A DNA stretch of 64,000 nt from Eubacteriales bacterium (GCA_045533115.1 JAZSHF010000005.1:3268-67267), one strand, 5' to 3'; shown: positions 10,523 through 19,034, counted from the first letter of the stretch. The notes: generated by a model not told the origin, from the sequence alone. A program made the numbers and translations.

Positions 10523-10921
10523 ATGAAGAAAAGAAATACGCTTCAAAAATCGATCATTCTCGATGCGCTTAAGGACTTTATGGGAAAGCACCCTACGCCG
10601 AACGAGGTGTATGAGTACATTCACGAAAAGCATCCTTCGATAAGCCGAGCGACCGTGTTCCGCGTTCTTGCGGGCGAGGTCGAGGACGGCGAGGCGCAGA
10701 GAGTATACGCCCCCGATTCGTCGTTACGGTACGAATACGGAGTAAGAAAACACTATCACGTTTCCTGCCGTATATGCGGCAAGGTAGAAGACGTCGAGAT
10801 GCCCTATCTTGAGGGAATCGAAAAGAACGCAGAAGCGCTTAACGGCTTCAAGGTCGAAAGACATATAGTTGAGTTTATCGGACTTTGCCCCGACTGTGTC
10901 GGAAAAGCCGAAAACATATAA
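10523..10921 (+). CDS. Fur-family metalloregulator (PerR-like by context)
   Basis: 132-aa ORF with a winged-helix N-terminus, C-terminal CxxC...CxxC (CRICG...CPDC), and peroxide-stress genes downstream. Confidence 0.85.
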   Translation: MKKRNTLQKSIILDALKDFMGKHPTPNEVYEYIHEKHPSISRATVFRVLAGEVEDGEAQRVYAPDSSLRYEYGVRKHYHVSCRICGKVEDVEMPYLEGIEKNAEALNGFKVERHIVEFIGLCPDCVGKAENI

Positions 10922-10956
10922 ATTAAAAAATTAAATTAAAAAGTGAGGAAAAAATT

Positions 10957-11541
10957 ATGAAATTCGTTTGCACAGTTTGCGGTTACGTTCACGAGGGAGA
11001 AGCTGCTCCCGAAAAGTGCCCGGTATGTAAGGTTCCCGCGTCCAAGTTTAAGGTAATGGAAGAGAATGCCGCTCTTGCCGCTGAGCACGAGTACGGCATC
11101 TACGCTAAGACCGTTAAGAATAACCCCGATATCTCCGAGGAAGACAAGAAGTACATCTACGATCAGCTTATGGCTAACTTTATGGGCGAATGCTCCGAGG
11201 TCGGTATGTACCTCTGCATGGCACGCATCGCACACCGCGAGGGCTACCCCGAGATCGGTCTCTACTGGGAAAAGGCAGCCTTTGAAGAGGCTGAGCACGC
11301 AGCTAAGTTCGCAGAGCTTCTCGGTGAGGATCTCGAGCCGAATATGAAGGCTACGACCAAGGATAACCTTGCATGGCGTGTTGACTGTGAGTACGGCGCA
11401 ACCGCAGGTAAGTTTGACCTTGCTAAGTGCGCAAAGAAGAACAATCTCGACGCTATCCATGACACCGTTCACGAAATGGCTCGCGATGAAGCAAGACACG
11501 GTAAGGCACTCGAGGGACTTCTTAACAGATATTTCAAGTAA
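10957..11541 (+). CDS. rbr: Reverse rubrerythrin (N-terminal rubredoxin-like CxxC...CxxC followed by a ferritin-like diiron domain)
   Basis: 194-aa ORF with CTVCG...CPVC at the N-terminus and ExxH diiron motifs ([17 protein letters not shown]). Confidence 0.9.
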   Translation: MKFVCTVCGYVHEGEAAPEKCPVCKVPASKFKVMEENAALAAEHEYGIYAKTVKNNPDISEEDKKYIYDQLMANFMGECSEVGMYLCMARIAHREGYPEIGLYWEKAAFEEAEHAAKFAELLGEDLEPNMKATTKDNLAWRVDCEYGATAGKFDLAKCAKKNNLDAIHDTVHEMARDEARHGKALEGLLNRYFK

Positions 11542-11556
11542 TAAGAGGTAAATAAA

Positions 11557-11709
11557 ATGGTATACGTTTGTCCCTGCGGATACGAATATGATCCTGCGCT
11601 CGGCGATCCCGATAACGGCGTAGCACCCGGCACCCCTTGGGAAGAGGTTCCCGAGGATTGGGTATGCCCTACCTGCGGTCTCGGTAAGGAAGTATTCGAG
11701 GAAGCATAA
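11557..11709 (+). CDS. Rubredoxin (50 aa, absent from the ORF track because it is under 60 aa)
   Basis: My translation is [50 protein letters not shown]. It has CxxCG...W...CPxCG motifs and the RBS AAGAGG 8 nt upstream. Confidence 0.9.
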   Translation: MVYVCPCGYEYDPALGDPDNGVAPGTPWEEVPEDWVCPTCGLGKEVFEEA

Positions 11710-11779
11710 TAAGAAAAAACCAAATATAACACCCGACATCGCCTAAAAACGATTTTTCGCCCTGCCGGATGTAGCTAAG

Positions 11780-11809
11780 ACGGCAGAGGAATATCCTCTG
11801 CCGTTTTTT
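11780..11809 (+). terminator. Intrinsic terminator after rubredoxin
   Basis: ACGGCAGAGG-aatat-CCTCTGCCGT followed by TTTTTT. Confidence 0.8.
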
Positions 11810-11876
11810 ATAGCAAAAGGAATGTAATATTTTGAGTTTTCCCGATCTATATGGATTAAGCGCGAAACGTCGTTTT

Positions 11877-12027
11877 ACCCTTCTCCAGCGGGAGAAGGGG
11901 GACCGCGAAGCGGTGGATGAGGTGTTCCAAAGATAAAGTAACTAATTTAATACATAATCAGATTTTTCACCTGACACCTCATCCGTCTGCTCCTTCGTCG
12001 CAGCCACCTTCTCCCACTGGAGAAGGT
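11877..12027. repeat. Mosaic hairpin repeat
   Basis: ACCCTTCTCCAGCGGGAGAAGGG GGACCGCGAAGCGGTGG ATGAGGTGT ... ACACCTCATCC ... CACCTTCTCCCACTGGAGAAGGT. Confidence 0.85.
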
Positions 12028-12084
12028 AAAAATCGCCCCGATAATTTAGAAAATATAATGTCATAACAATGAAAGGAGAAAATC

Positions 12085-12711
12085 ATGTTAAAGAAGAAGT
12101 TTTTGTTATCCGCATCAATAGTTTTGATCATCAGCTTGCTTGCAATGATGATCTCCGCCGCGCCGCTGGTCAAGGATCTGACATCAGCGAAAATCAGCGC
12201 AAATGAAGCAGAAAATATCGCATTAAGCCGAGTCGGTTTGACGCGTGAAAATATAAGATTCGAGCGTACCGAGATAGACCGCGAAAGAGGAAAGCTCGTA
12301 TGGGAAGTTGAGTTTGAATACGGAAATATTGAGTATTCATTTGAAATCAATGCCGTTACGGGTCAAATAATTCGCGAAGAAATAGAGCAGGAAAGAAAAC
12401 CCGCTCCGACACAGCCCCCCGTAACAGATCCGCCCGTTACCGAGCCACCTGCAACTGAACCTCCCGCAACCGAGCCGACTCCCGAAAAGCCCGTTTCGAC
12501 CGAGATCACGCGCGATGATGCGATAAGTATCGCACTTTCCGAAGCGGGACTCACCCGCGAGCAGGTCCGCGAGCTTGAAGTCGAAAAGGACTATGAGCGC
12601 GGCACCCTCGTCTACGAGGTCGAATTCGAGCACGGCAGAAACGAGTATAGCTACGAAATACGCGTAAGCGACGGAAAAGTCCTCACTCGCTCGATCGAAA
12701 ACGACGATTGA
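12085..12711 (+). CDS. Secreted/anchored protein with two PepSY domains joined by a Pro/Thr-rich linker
   Basis: 208-aa ORF with an N-terminal hydrophobic helix. Two internal repeats match each other (A..IALS..GLTRE......E.D.ERG.LV.EVEFE.G..EYS.EI). Confidence 0.8.
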   Translation: MLKKKFLLSASIVLIISLLAMMISAAPLVKDLTSAKISANEAENIALSRVGLTRENIRFERTEIDRERGKLVWEVEFEYGNIEYSFEINAVTGQIIREEIEQERKPAPTQPPVTDPPVTEPPATEPPATEPTPEKPVSTEITRDDAISIALSEAGLTREQVRELEVEKDYERGTLVYEVEFEHGRNEYSYEIRVSDGKVLTRSIENDD

Positions 12712-12721
12712 GCGTATAAAT

Positions 12722-12765
12722 AAAAAGCATCGCAATAGCTATTATAGCTATTGCGATGCTTTTTT
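12722..12765. terminator. Bidirectional intrinsic terminator
   Basis: 14-bp stem GCATCGCAATAGCT / AGCTATTGCGATGC flanked by an A-run and a T-run. Serves the convergent genes on both sides. Confidence 0.8.
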
Positions 12766-12769
12766 AGTA

Positions 12770-12916
12770 TTACAGCATATCAACGCTCTGAGTTGAAGGG
12801 CTACTGAGATTTACATCAATAGAAAACCCTTCTTTCTTGTCATCACAGGACACAAAAGACAGCGCAGTCAAAGACAAACACAGAAGAACAAGGATCGCAG
12901 TAACAATTTTTTTCAT
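12770..12916 (-). CDS. Small putative lipoprotein (48 aa, not in the ORF track)
   Basis: My translation is MKKIVTAILVLLCLSLTALSFVSCDDKKEGFSIDVNLSSPSTQSVDML. It has a signal peptide and lipobox-like FVSC, the RBS GTGAGG 8 nt upstream, and a terminator directly downstream. Confidence 0.5.
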   Translation of the reverse strand: MKKIVTAILVLLCLSLTALSFVSCDDKKEGFSIDVNLSSPSTQSVDML

Positions 12917-12937
12917 AATAAACCTCACAAATTTTAT

Positions 12938-12957
12938 TTGCACCTATATAGGTGCAA
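12938..12957. promoter_or_regulatory. Perfect 20-bp palindrome, candidate operator in a divergent promoter region
   Basis: TTGCACCTATATAGGTGCAA lies between the small lipoprotein gene and the XRE regulator gene. Confidence 0.45.
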
Positions 12958-13028
12958 TATTATTCTACCACGCGTTTATAATAATGTCAAGAGTTTTGTT
13001 CTTAAATAAGTGCAAAAAAGAGGTTATT

Positions 13029-13253
13029 ATGAACGCAGAGGTCGAAAAAAGGATCGGCAAAAACATTCGGGAATTGCGCGAACGCGCGAAAATGACGCAG
13101 GAGGAGCTGGCGGCGAAGCTGCAAATCCGCGGTTGCGATATTACCCGCAGCGCCGTTGCAAAGATCGAGGTCGGTCAGCGTCACCTTTACCCCGATGAGA
13201 TCGTTCTGATAAAAGAAATCCTTTCCGTCAGCTATGACGAAATATTTGATTAA
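13029..13253 (+). CDS. XRE-family helix-turn-helix transcriptional regulator
   Basis: HTH signature IRELRERAKMTQEELAAKL......S..AKIE.G. I chose the start at 13029 (RBS AAAAGAGG). The track's 12837 start would overlap the lipoprotein gene and the promoter region. Confidence 0.85.
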   Translation: MNAEVEKRIGKNIRELRERAKMTQEELAAKLQIRGCDITRSAVAKIEVGQRHLYPDEIVLIKEILSVSYDEIFD

Positions 13254-13273
13254 AAATAAAATTGGCGATTATA

Positions 13274-13768
13274 ATGGAAAATGAATTACCGAAGAGGAAA
13301 CAGAATCGTTTACGAAGGTATGATTACAGCTCTTGCGGCGCATATTTTATTACGATATGCACGTTTGAAAGGCGCAATTATTTTTGGGATAACCTTGTAG
13401 GGGCGACCATTGGTCGCCCGAGTGACGTTGCGTTGTCTCAATACGGAAAAATTGTTGATGAGGCGATAATCGGTATATCCTCAATATACCCTGCGTTGTC
13501 TATCGAAAAATACGTGATCATGCCTAATCACGTTCATTTGTTATTAAGAATACGTGCCGACGAATTCGGGCGACCAATGGTCGCCCCTACAATTTCGCGG
13601 ATTGTAAATCAGTTTAAGGGATACGTTGCGAAACGAACAGAAAAGAACATCTGGCAAAAATCCTTTCACGACCACGTTATCCGTAATTATGAGGATTACG
13701 AAGAACATATAAAATACATCCACGAAAACCCAGCTCAGTGGTACTTCGACGAGTTATATTCAGAATAA
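13274..13768 (+). CDS. REP-associated tyrosine transposase-like protein (IS200/Y1 HUH superfamily)
   Basis: HUH motif in IMPNHVHLLL (HVH codons at 13529-13537) and a C-terminal Tyr helix, YIHENPAQW. About 165 aa, with no IS ends. The start could be ATG 13274 or TTG 13262. Confidence 0.8.
   Translation: MENELPKRKQNRLRRYDYSSCGAYFITICTFERRNYFWDNLVGATIGRPSDVALSQYGKIVDEAIIGISSIYPALSIEKYVIMPNHVHLLLRIRADEFGRPMVAPTISRIVNQFKGYVAKRTEKNIWQKSFHDHVIRNYEDYEEHIKYIHENPAQWYFDELYSE
13397..13420 (+). repeat. REP unit inside the RAYT-like CDS (GTAG + GGGCGACCATTGGTCGCCC)
   Basis: GTAGGGGCGACCATTGGTCGCCCG, in frame and encoding VGATIGRP. The same unit occurs at 19740-19762; 6121-6143 carries the same stem with the opposite loop (AA). 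Confidence 0.9.
13567..13590 (-). repeat. Inverted REP unit inside the RAYT-like CDS
   Basis: CGGGCGACCAATGGTCGCCCCTAC, in frame and encoding GRPMVAPT. It is the exact reverse complement of 13397-13420 and matches the intergenic copy at 3226-3248. Confidence 0.9.
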
Positions 13769-13797
13769 AAAGCAGAGCCGAACGGCTCTGCTTTTTA
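13767..13797. terminator. Bidirectional intrinsic terminator
   Basis: AGCAGAGCCG-aa-CGGCTCTGCT flanked by AAAA and TTTTT. Lies between convergent genes. Confidence 0.8.
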
Positions 13798-13800
13798 GGT

Positions 13801-15198
13801 TTATACTATATGAATCTTATTTTCCGCGTCGGAATTCTTCATATCGATGCCGTACTTTTCGGCGCGGCGCTTCTCGAAGAACTTCATAGCGACGTTCTCG
13901 AACATTGCGTAGGAGAGAAGGTCCTCCTCCTGCTCCATATAGAGCTTGCACTTTTCGCGGAGAGTATCAAGCTCGGGGGAGAGGAGATCAGCGGGACGGC
14001 AGGTCTTGACCTCGGCGTCGCCGAGTATTTTCTTGGAAAATTCGGGATCGATCTCGGCAGGGGTCTTACCGTAGTCACCTGCAAGTATTCCCTTGAATTC
14101 CTTTGAAACCTGCTTGTATCTTTCGCCCATAAGGACGTTAAGAACTGCCTGAGTACCGACGATCTGCGAGGTCGGAGTAACGAGCGGAACGTAGCCCGCG
14201 TCTGCTCTTACGCGCGGAACCTCCTCAAGGACCTCCTGAAGAAGCTCGCTCTTACCTGCCGCCTTAAGCTGAGAAACGAGGTTCGAGAGCATACCGCCGG
14301 GAACCTGATAAAGAAGCGCGTTTACGTCGACCTTGGTAACGGAACGGGAGATAAGTCCGCTTTCGTCGTACGCCTGTCTTATTGGAGCGAAGTAACGACT
14401 GATCTCATCGAGCTTTTTAAGGTCAAGCCCTGTATCGTATCCCGTGCCTGCAAGGGTCGCAACGATCGCCTCGGTCGGTGCCTGAGAGGTACCCATAGCC
14501 ATAGGCGAGATCGCGGTATCAACTATATCACAGCCCGCCTCGATCGCTTTGAGAATAGTCATCGAAGCGAGACCCGAGGTATAGTGAGTATGGAGCTGGA
14601 TCGGAAGGGTCACGTTTTCCTTGAGTGCCTTTACGAGATCGTAAGCGGCGTAGGGAGTGAGAAGTCCCGCCATATCCTTGATACAGAGAGAATCTGCGCC
14701 CATATCCTGAAGCGTTTTTGCGAAGCTTACGAAGTAATCGTTATTGAAAACGGGACCCGTCGTGTAGGAGATAGCAGCCTGAACGTGTCCGCCTTCCTTT
14801 TTGGTCGCTTCAACTGCAGTCTTGAGGTTACGCGGGTCGTTAAGCGCGTCGAATATTCTGATTACGTCGATACCGTTAGCGACCGACTTCTGAACGAAAT
14901 ATTCAACGACGTCGTCTGCATAGTGACGGTAGCCGAGCATATTCTGTCCGCGGAAAAGCATTTGGAGCTTGGTGTTCTTAGCCGCCGATCTGATCTTGCG
15001 AAGGCGCTCCCACGGATCCTCGTTAAGATAACGGAGGCAGGAGTCGAAGGTCGCACCGCCCCACGCTTCAAGTGAGTGGTATCCGATACCGTCGAGCTTC
15101 TCAATGATGGGAAGCATCTCGTCGGTTTTCATTCTCGTCGCCGCGAGTGACTGATGCGCGTCGCGGAGTACTGTTTCTGTAATCTTTACCTTTTGCAT
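13801..15198 (-). CDS. 5S-type carboxyltransferase (oxaloacetate decarboxylase alpha / pyruvate carboxylase subunit B N-terminal type, no biotinyl domain)
   Basis: 465-aa ORF. The N-terminus ITETVLRDAHQSL...EAWGGATFD is typical of the HMGL-like carboxyltransferase domain. Confidence 0.85.
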   Translation of the reverse strand: MQKVKITETVLRDAHQSLAATRMKTDEMLPIIEKLDGIGYHSLEAWGGATFDSCLRYLNEDPWERLRKIRSAAKNTKLQMLFRGQNMLGYRHYADDVVEYFVQKSVANGIDVIRIFDALNDPRNLKTAVEATKKEGGHVQAAISYTTGPVFNNDYFVSFAKTLQDMGADSLCIKDMAGLLTPYAAYDLVKALKENVTLPIQLHTHYTSGLASMTILKAIEAGCDIVDTAISPMAMGTSQAPTEAIVATLAGTGYDTGLDLKKLDEISRYFAPIRQAYDESGLISRSVTKVDVNALLYQVPGGMLSNLVSQLKAAGKSELLQEVLEEVPRVRADAGYVPLVTPTSQIVGTQAVLNVLMGERYKQVSKEFKGILAGDYGKTPAEIDPEFSKKILGDAEVKTCRPADLLSPELDTLREKCKLYMEQEEDLLSYAMFENVAMKFFEKRRAEKYGIDMKNSDAENKIHIV

Positions 15199-15250
15199 TA
15201 TATTATCCTCAATTTATTATATACTTATAAAATCTTTGGGACGTTGTCTT

Positions 15251-15662
15251 ACCTTCTCCTGAGGGAGAAGGCGTCATTCGCTACGCGAATGACGGATGAG
15301 GTGTCGAGGGGTTCCCCGAAAACGAGCTTGTCGAGTTTTTGGGGGTTCCTGAGGTGTCTAAAAAGGGAACATACTCCTCATCCACCACTACGAGCGAACC
15401 CCAAACGCTCATTTCATTCGCATTTGGGAACCCCTCGCGTGGTCCCCCTTCTCCCACAGGAGAAGGTATTTAGTAACATCTTTTTGTCACGGCGGGAGCA
15501 GGCCCCCGCCCTACTACAAACAACGTGTCGAAGTATCAGGGCGTTGTCTTGCCTTCCCCTTGGGGAAGGTGTCAACCGAAGGTTGACGGATGAGGTGTCT
15601 AAAAGGGAACATACTCCTCATCCACCACCTTCGGTGGTCCCCCTTCTCCCTCAGGAGAAGGT
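15251..15662. repeat. Two mosaic hairpin repeats plus one REP, between two genes of the decarboxylase cluster
   Basis: Elements at 15251-15467 and 15551-15662 share the centre CTAAAAAGGGAACATACTCCTCATCCACCAC. REP GGCGGGAGCAGGCCCCCGCC CTAC at 15491-15514. Confidence 0.85.
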
Positions 15663-15701
15663 ATTGGGTAACACCGTTTTTATGCGGGAGTGGAAATCCT
15701 C

Positions 15702-16880
15702 TTATCTGAACATCGAAAGGAACCAACCTGCCGCAACAGCCGATCCGATAACGCCTGCGACGTTCGGGCCCATTGCGTGCATAAGCAGGAAGTTCGAAGG
15801 ATCCTCTTTCTGACCTACGGTCTGTGCAACTCTTGCCGCCATCGGTACGGCAGAAACGCCTGCCGAGCCAATGAGGGGGTTAATCTTTCCGCCCGTGAGC
15901 TTGCACATGATCTTCGCGACGACAAGTCCGCCGAAGGTAGACAGGCAAAATGCGGTAAGACCGAGAGCGATGATGCAAAGCGTTTCTGTTTTAAGGAAGT
16001 TTTCGGCGTTTGCGGTCGCACCGACCGAAACTCCGAGGAATATCGTAATAATATTGATAAGCTCGTTCTGCGCGGTCTTGGAAAGACGGTCAACGACGCC
16101 CGTTACGTTAAAGAGGTTACCGAGCATAAGGAAACCGACGAGGGGAGCAGCCGAGGGAAGAATAAGACAAACGACAGCGGTAACTATTACGGGGAAAAGG
16201 ATAAGCTCGGTTTTTGAGACACGGCGGAGCGAGGTCATCTTGATCCGGCGCTCCTTTTTGGTCGTAACGAGCTTCATTATCGGCGGCTGAATTATCGGTA
16301 TCAGCGCCATATATGAATATGCCGCGATAGCGATAGCGCCGAGAAGCGTCGGTGCAAGCTCCTTCGTAACGAGAATTGCGGTCGGTCCGTCGGCACCGCC
16401 TATGATACCGATAGCGGCAGCGGCGTTTTCGTTAAAGCCGAGGAAGAGGGCACCCGCAAATGCGGCGAAGACACCGAACTGTGCGGCTGCACCGAGCATA
16501 AGCGATTTCGGGTTAGCGATAAGGGGAGAGAAGTCTGTCATCGCGCCGATTCCCATAAATATGAGCGACGGATAAACGCCGAGCTTAACCCCGATATAGA
16601 GAATGTCGAGCAGCCCACCCTTGCGGAGTATCATACCGTAGTCGATATCCTTGGCAAGGAACCATTCGGTATGTATGAGGTTCGCGCCGGGGAGATTCGC
16701 AAGAAGCATACCGAACGCGATGGGTAATAGGAGCATAGGCTCAAACTTACGCCATATCGCAAGGTAGAGGAGCGCACCGATAATGACGTACATTATCAGG
16801 TACTTGATGAGCAGAGTCGTGTCGGCGCTCGCGATCGCGATACCGGTCGACTCCCAAAACGTTTTTAATGCTTCTATCAT
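15702..16880 (-). CDS. Na+-translocating decarboxylase beta subunit (OadB/GcdB/MmdB family)
   Basis: 392-aa polytopic membrane ORF in a cluster with BCCP, OadG-like and carboxyltransferase genes. Confidence 0.9.
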   Translation of the reverse strand: MIEALKTFWESTGIAIASADTTLLIKYLIMYVIIGALLYLAIWRKFEPMLLLPIAFGMLLANLPGANLIHTEWFLAKDIDYGMILRKGGLLDILYIGVKLGVYPSLIFMGIGAMTDFSPLIANPKSLMLGAAAQFGVFAAFAGALFLGFNENAAAAIGIIGGADGPTAILVTKELAPTLLGAIAIAAYSYMALIPIIQPPIMKLVTTKKERRIKMTSLRRVSKTELILFPVIVTAVVCLILPSAAPLVGFLMLGNLFNVTGVVDRLSKTAQNELINIITIFLGVSVGATANAENFLKTETLCIIALGLTAFCLSTFGGLVVAKIMCKLTGGKINPLIGSAGVSAVPMAARVAQTVGQKEDPSNFLLMHAMGPNVAGVIGSAVAAGWFLSMFR

Positions 16881-16892
16881 AGCTGTCTATCC

Positions 16893-17291
16893 TTATGCGA
16901 TAGTAGCGAGGACCGCGCCGGTAGCAACGGTCTGACCGTTCGAAACGGTAACGGAGGTAACGGTACCGTCGCAGGGAGCGAAGATCTCGTTTTCCATCTT
17001 CATAGCCTCAAGCAGGCAAACAAGGTCGCCCTTCTTTACTGCCTGACCGTTCGATACGGCAACTTTAAGGATAGTTCCCTGCATAGGAGCGGTAACGGGA
17101 GTTCCGTTGCCTGCCGCCGCAGGAGCCGTCTTTGGAGCAGGGGCCGCTTTTGGAGCGGGAGCCGCCTTAGGTGCGGGTGCTGCGGGCGCGGTGGTTTTAG
17201 CGCCTGCGCCGATTTCTTCTACTTCTACCTCGTAAACTACGCCGTTTACGGTTACGTTATAAAGCTTTGACATTTTATTAATTCCTTTCAC
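16893..17291 (-). CDS. Biotin carboxyl carrier protein
   Basis: Biotinylation motif EAMKMENEI and an Ala/Pro-rich linker ([11 protein letters not shown]). Confidence 0.9.
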   Translation of the reverse strand: MKGINKMSKLYNVTVNGVVYEVEVEEIGAGAKTTAPAAPAPKAAPAPKAAPAPKTAPAAAGNGTPVTAPMQGTILKVAVSNGQAVKKGDLVCLLEAMKMENEIFAPCDGTVTSVTVSNGQTVATGAVLATIA

Positions 17292-17648
17292 TTAGTGCTT
17301 TTTTCTGAATGATACGACTCTGAAATTGCCCGCGGGCTTATCTTCGTAAGAAGAGATGGCGGCAACGATCGCTGCGACGATAGCGGAATCATCGGTAGCG
17401 GGAGCTGCTTCGACAGCGGGAGAAGGATCGGCGGGGATCACCCGGGTGGTCTTCTTTTCCTTCGGCTTCTTGTCAAAGCACTTGCCGACAAGCGCGATGA
17501 TGAGCCAGATAATGGCAAGAATGACGAAAACGAGAAGGTATCCGACGACGCCGGTCGTCAAGATTGAATTGAGCTTTTCGGATAAGGTAAGGTCAGATGC
17601 GACCTCCTTCGAAAAGTTTAGAAACGACATATAAAGCATAGCGTTCAC
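17292..17648 (-). CDS. OadG-like small membrane subunit (decarboxylase gamma)
   Basis: 118-aa ORF with a single TM helix and an Ala/Pro-rich tail, positioned between the carboxyltransferase and BCCP genes. Confidence 0.6.
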   Translation of the reverse strand: MNAMLYMSFLNFSKEVASDLTLSEKLNSILTTGVVGYLLVFVILAIIWLIIALVGKCFDKKPKEKKTTRVIPADPSPAVEAAPATDDSAIVAAIVAAISSYEDKPAGNFRVVSFRKKH

Positions 17649-17649
17649 C

Positions 17650-18972
17650 TTATGCTAAGAACTCGAGCGCTGAAGCGAGACGCTGTTTAAGCTCGTCGCT
17701 TGCAACGATATCGTCGATGTCGCCCGAGCGGGCGTTCGTGAGAGCCGACGCGGGACCTGCCATCCACTCGTTTTTAAGGGACGCGCGTGCAGCGTTAGGA
17801 TCATGTGCTGCCTTAAGCTCGTCGTCGTAAAGGAACTCTACTGCGGTATCGGGGTCAAGAACCGAGATTACTGCATTGTCAAGGGCGAACACGAATGACG
17901 CGCCAAGCGACTTCGAGCCCATAAGGGTGTATGCCGAGCCGTAAGCGTTGCCGATTATCGCGGTAACTGCAGTTTCGCAGTTGTTATACGCGAAGGCAAG
18001 GTCGGAAAGGGCTGTAAGGTAGTTCTTACAGTTTCCCTTGAAGCCGACTGTGTTAACGAGAGTAACTACAGGAATATCGTAATCGGAGCAGAAATTGACG
18101 AAGCGAGCCGTTTTTTTAGCAGCCGCACAGGTGAGCGCACCGCCGTTTTCGGTCGGCTGGTTAGCGGCTACGCCGATGGCTCGTCCGTTGAAGGTCATAA
18201 GCGCGGTAACGACCTCGCTCGACGCCTTTTCGGAAAGGAAGAGAGGGGTGCCGTTATCGGAAAGGGCAGAAATAAGCTCCTTAACGTCGCCGTCAACGTA
18301 AGCATTTACGTCAAGAGGCTCGTTTATGCTTTCGCAGTCGTCACCGAGAACGGTTCCCTCCTCGCAGTTCGCGGGGAGAAGCGAGAGGAGAGCGCGAAGC
18401 TGAGAGGCAAGCTCGGCTTCGGTCGTAACGATGTCGGGGTTGCCGACAGCGGGGCCGTTCGCTATAAGGTATCTGTCGCCCTTTTCGGTCGCGACGGTAA
18501 GGTCAAACATTTCGGAAAGAACCGCAGACGCACCTCCGCAAGCACCGCTTATAACTGCGATCTGCGGAATAAGTGCCTTAGCCTCTGCAATCTTGCTCAT
18601 AACGGAGCCGTAAGCGGAAAGGCAGTCGATTCCCTCGCTGACCTTTGCGCCCGCGCCCGAAAATACGCCGACGACGGGAGCGCCCGCCTTGAGCGCCTGA
18701 TCGTAAAGGGCGCAGATTTTCTTGCTGTGAGAAGCCGTAAACGCCGCCTTGTCAACCGTTTTATCCTGAACGAACGCGTAAACGGGGCGTCCGTCAACAG
18801 CGCCGCAGCCTGTGATAACTCCTTCAAAATTTCCTTCTCCGTACTTGACGTAGGTGCCGAATTCAAGAAACGTGCCCTCGTCAAAAAGCGTCGAAAGAAG
18901 GACTCTTGCGTCTGCCGAGGAAGCCTTCACTTCTTCGCGGAGCTCGGCAGATATCTTGTTATTCTGTGCCAT
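17650..18972 (-). CDS. Acyl-CoA carboxyltransferase (12S / MmdA / GcdA-like), divergent and short
   Basis: 440-aa ORF. GCGAVDGRPVYAF...GAPVVGVFSGAGAKVSEG...ISGACGGASA resembles carboxyl transferase domain motifs. Confidence 0.8.
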   Translation of the reverse strand: MAQNNKISAELREEVKASSADARVLLSTLFDEGTFLEFGTYVKYGEGNFEGVITGCGAVDGRPVYAFVQDKTVDKAAFTASHSKKICALYDQALKAGAPVVGVFSGAGAKVSEGIDCLSAYGSVMSKIAEAKALIPQIAVISGACGGASAVLSEMFDLTVATEKGDRYLIANGPAVGNPDIVTTEAELASQLRALLSLLPANCEEGTVLGDDCESINEPLDVNAYVDGDVKELISALSDNGTPLFLSEKASSEVVTALMTFNGRAIGVAANQPTENGGALTCAAAKKTARFVNFCSDYDIPVVTLVNTVGFKGNCKNYLTALSDLAFAYNNCETAVTAIIGNAYGSAYTLMGSKSLGASFVFALDNAVISVLDPDTAVEFLYDDELKAAHDPNAARASLKNEWMAGPASALTNARSGDIDDIVASDELKQRLASALEFLA

Positions 18973-19034
18973 GTTTTTCCTCCGATTTTTGAGGGAAAGT
19001 CAATACAAAACCATTCTCCCCCATTATTAACTAT

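Noticed and set aside
10936-11739. 267-aa ORF on the minus strand
   Set aside because: It is antisense to the rubrerythrin and rubredoxin genes, both of which have unmistakable metal-binding motifs.
12837-13028. N-terminal 64-aa extension of the XRE ORF in the track
   Set aside because: It would overlap the divergent small lipoprotein gene and the palindromic operator region. An ATG with a good RBS at 13029 gives a standard-length HTH protein.
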